Positions 60,105 to 64,000 of a DNA stretch of 64,000 nucleotides are shown here, piece after piece. Made by a program: the position numbers and the translations under genes. Positions within the stretch are counted from its first letter, which is position 1. Each line of letters opens with the position of its first letter. The stretch is taken from positions 38,035 to 102,034 of the forward strand of contig JAUCBJ010006375.1 in NCBI GenBank assembly GCA_032718475.1, read 5' to 3'. This DNA comes from Nemertoderma westbladi. Taxonomy: Eukaryota > Animalia > Xenacoelomorpha. The notes beneath the pieces were generated by a model. It did not search any database. It worked only from the letters and a program-made list of their open reading frames with translations, and was not told the origin of the DNA.

Positions 60105-63100
60105 ACATTCCATACTAGTGGGGCCGGGTAACATTGGTACTAGTGGGGACGGGTAACATTCCATACTAGTGGGGCCGGGTAACATTCCATACTAGTGGGA
60201 CCGGGTAACATTGGTACTAGTGGGGCCGGGTAACATTGGTACTAGTGGGGCCGGGTAACATTGGTACTAGTGGGGCCGGGTAACATTGGTACTAGTGGGG
60301 CCGGGTAAGATTCCATACTAGTGGGACCGGGTAACATTCCATACTAGTGGGGCCGGGTAACATTGGTACTAGTGGGACCGGGTAACATTCCATACTAGTG
60401 GGGCCGGGTAACATTCCATACTAGTGGGGCCGGGTAACATTGGTACTAGTGGGGCCGGGTAACATTCCATACTAGTGGGGCCGGGTAACATTGGTACTAG
60501 TGGGACCGGGTAACATTGGTACTAGTGGGGCCGGGTAACATTGGTACTAGTGGGGTCGGGTAACATTCCATACTAGTGGGGCCGGGTAACATTGGTACTA
60601 GTGGGACCGGGTAACATTGGTACTAGTGGGGCCGGGTAACATTCCATACTAGTGGGGCCGGGTAACATTCCATACTAGTGGGGCCGGGTAACATTCCATA
60701 CTAGTGGGGCCGGGTAACATTGGTACTAGTGGGGCCGGGTAACATTCCATACTAGTGGGGCCGGGTAACATTCCATACTAGTGGGGCCGGGTAACATTGG
60801 TACTAGTGGGGCCGGGTAACATTGGTACTAGTGGGGCCGGGTAACATTCCATACTAGTGGGGCCGGGTAACATTCCATACTAGTGGGGCCGGGTAACATT
60901 CCATACTAGTGGGGCCGGGTAACATTCCATACTAGTGGGGCCGGGTAACATTCCATACTAGTGGGGCCGGGTAACATTCCATACTAGTGGGGCCGGGTAA
61001 CATTGGTACTAGTGGGGCCGGGTAACATTCCATACTAGTGGGGCCGGGTAACATTCCATACTAGTGGGGCCGGGTAACATTGGTACTAGTGGGGCCGGGT
61101 AACATTGGTACTAGTGGGGCCGGGTAACATTCCATACTAGTGGGGCCGGGTAACATTGGTACTAGTGGGGCCGGGTAACATTCCATACTAGTGGGGCCGG
61201 GTAACATTGGTACTAGTGGGGCCGGGTAACATTCCATACTAGTGGGGCCGGGTAACATTGGTACTAGTGGGGCCGGGTAACATTCCATACTAGTGGGGCC
61301 GGGTAACATTGGTACTAGTGGGGCCGGGTAACATTCCATACTAGTGGGGCCGGGTAACATTGGTACTAGTGGGGCCGGGTAACATTCCATACTAGTGGGG
61401 CCGGGTAACATTGGTACTAGTGGGGCCGGGTAACATTCCATACTAGTGGGGCCGGGTAACATTGGTACTAGTGGGGCCGGGTAACATTCCATACTAGTGG
61501 GGCCGGGTAACATTGGTACTAGTGGGGCCGGGTAACATTCCATACTAGTGGGGCCGGGTAACATTGGTACTAGTGGGGCCGGGTAACATTCCATACTAGT
61601 GGGGCCGGGTAACATTCCATACTAGTGGGGCCGGGTAACATTGGTACTAGTGGGGCCGGGTAACATTCCATACTAGTGGGGCCGGGTAACATTCCATACT
61701 AGTGGGGCCGGGTAACATTGGTACTAGTGGGGCCGGGTAACATTCCATACTAGTGGGGCCGGGTAACATTGGTACTAGTGGGGCCGGGTAACATTCCATA
61801 CTAGTGGGGCCGGGTAACATTGGTACTAGTGGGGCCGGGTAACATTGGTACTAGTGGGGCCGGGTAACATTCCATACTAGTGGGGCCGGGTAACATTCCA
61901 TACTAGTGGGGCCGGGTAACATTGGTACTAGTGGGGCCGGGTAACATTCGGTACTAGTGGGGCCGGGTAACATTGGTACTAGTGGGGCCGGGTAACATTC
62001 CATACTAGTGGGGCCGGGTAACATTGGTACTAGTGGGGCCGGGTAACATTGGTACTAGTGGGGCCGGGTAACATTCCATACTAGTGGGGCCGGGTAACAT
62101 TGGTACTAGTGGGGCCGGGTAACATTCCATACTAGTGGGGCCGGGTAACATTCCATACTAGTGGGGCCGGGTAACATTGGTACTAGTGGGGCCGGGTAAC
62201 ATTCCATACTAGTGGGGCCGGGTAACATTGGTACTAGTGGGGCCGGGTAACATTGGTACTAGTGGGGCCGGGTAACATTGGTACTAGTGGGGCCGGGTAA
62301 CATTGGTACTAGTGGGGCCGGGTAACATTCCATACTAGTGGGGCCGGGTAACATTGGTACTAGTGGGGCCGGGTAACATTGGTACTAGTGGGGCCGGGTA
62401 ACATTCCATACTAGTGGGGCCGGGTAACATTGGTACTAGTGGGGCCGGGTAACATTCCATACTAGTGGGGCCGGGTAACATTCCATACTAGTGGGGCCGG
62501 GTAACATTGGTACTAGTGGGGCCGGGTAACATTCCATACTAGTGGGGCCGGGTAACATTGGTACTAGTGGGGCCGGGTAACATTCCATACTAGTGGGGCC
62601 GGGTAACATTCCATACTAGTGGGGCCGGGTAACATTGGTACTAGTGGGGCCGGGTAACATTCCATACTAGTGGGGCCGGGTAACATTGGTACTAGTGGGG
62701 CCGGGTAACATTCCATACTAGTGGGGCCGGGTAACATTGGTACTAGTGGGGCCGGGTAACATTCCATACTAGTGGGGCCGGGTAACATTCCATACTAGTG
62801 GGGCCGGGTAACATTGGTACTAGTGGGGCCGGGTAACATTCCATACTAGTGGGGCCGGGTAACATTGGTACTAGTGGGGCCGGGTAACATTCCATACTAG
62901 TGGGGCCGGGTAACATTGGTACTAGTGGGGCCGGGTAACATTCCATACTAGTGGGGCCGGGTAACATTCGGTACTAGTGGGGCCGGGTAACATTGGTACT
63001 AGTGGGGCCGGGTAACATTGGTACTAGTGGGGCCGGGTAACATTCCATACTAGTGGGGCCGGGTAACATTGGTACTAGTGGGGCCGGGTAACATTCCATA

Positions 63101-64000
63101 CTAGTGGGGCCGGGTAACATTCCATACTAGTGGGGCCGGGTAACATTGGTACTAGTGGGGCCGGGTAACATTCCATACTAGTGGGGCCGGGTAACATTGG
63201 TACTAGTGGGGCCGGGTAACATTCCATACTAGTGGGGCCGGGTAACATTCCATACTAGTGGGGCCGGGTAACATTGGTACTAGTGGGGCCGGGTAACATT
63301 CCTACTAGTGGGGCCGGGTAACATTCGTACTAGTGGGGCCGGGTAACATTCCATACTAGTGGGGCCGGGTAACATTCCATACTAGTGGGGCCGGGTAACA
63401 TTGGTACTAGTGGGGCCGGGTAACATTGCTACTAGTGGGGCCGGGTAACATTGGTACTAGTGGGGCCGGGTAACATTGGTACTAGTGGGGCCGGGTAACA
63501 TTCCATACTAGTGGGGCCGGGTAACATTCCATACTAGTGGGGCCGGGTAACATTGGTACTAGTGGGGCCGGGTAACATTGGTACTAGTGGGGCCGGGTAA
63601 CATTCCGTACTAGTGGGGCCGGGTAACATTCCATACTAGTGGGGCCGGGTAACATTGGTACTAGTGGGGCCGGGTAACATTCCATACTAGTGGGGCCGGG
63701 TAACATTCCATACTAGTGGGGCCGGGTAACATTGGTACTAGTGGGGCCGGGTAACATTGGTACTAGTGGGGCCGGGTAACATTGGTACTAGTGGGGCCGG
63801 GTAACATTGGTACTAGTGGGGCCGGGTAACATTCCATACTAGTGGGGCCGGGTAACATTCCATACTAGTGGGGCCGGGTAACATTGGTACTAGTGGGGCC
63901 GGGTAACATTGGTACTAGTGGGGCCGGGTAACATTGGTACTAGTGGGGCCGGGTAACATTGGTACTAGTGGGGCCGGGTAACATTCCATACTAGTGGGGC
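60105..64000. repeat. Satellite of two monomers, TACTAGTGGGGCCGGGTAACATT-GG (25 bp) and -CCA (26 bp); runs off the window end
   Basis: Direct reading, ~150 monomers. Confidence 0.98.

Noticed and set aside
58752-60108. Overlapping 180-345-aa ORFs over AASS exon 3
   Set aside because: Expected shadow ORFs of GC-rich coding sequence; no recognisable motifs
61061-62967. MLPGPTSMECYPAPLVP repeat ORFs
   Set aside because: Arise only where 25+26-bp monomers alternate (51 bp); satellite

Overview
AT-rich, repeat-dense invertebrate animal (eukaryotic) genomic window; no prokaryotic features. A long minus-strand ARMH3 (C10orf76) gene starts at 46398 and has 8 traceable GT-AG exons down to 18498; its last exons were not found and probably lie beyond position 1. 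Its introns appear to host four other genes: an intronless perilipin-like gene (intron 4), intronless PSMB1 and SNRNP35 head-to-head (intron 7), and a two-exon, C-terminally truncated ODAD4/TTC25-like gene (presumed intron 8). A three-exon AASS gene is transcribed divergently from ARMH3. The rest consists of about 12 satellite/minisatellite arrays, non-autonomous DNA transposons (Kolobok-like, MULE-like, Academ remnant, MITEs), LINE, SINE and Gypsy relics, and many fold-back inverted repeats. The most unusual structure is a set of concentric inverted-repeat pairs around the nested SNRNP35/PSMB1 block and ARMH3 exons 7-8. All homology calls are from remembered family motifs, not database searches.
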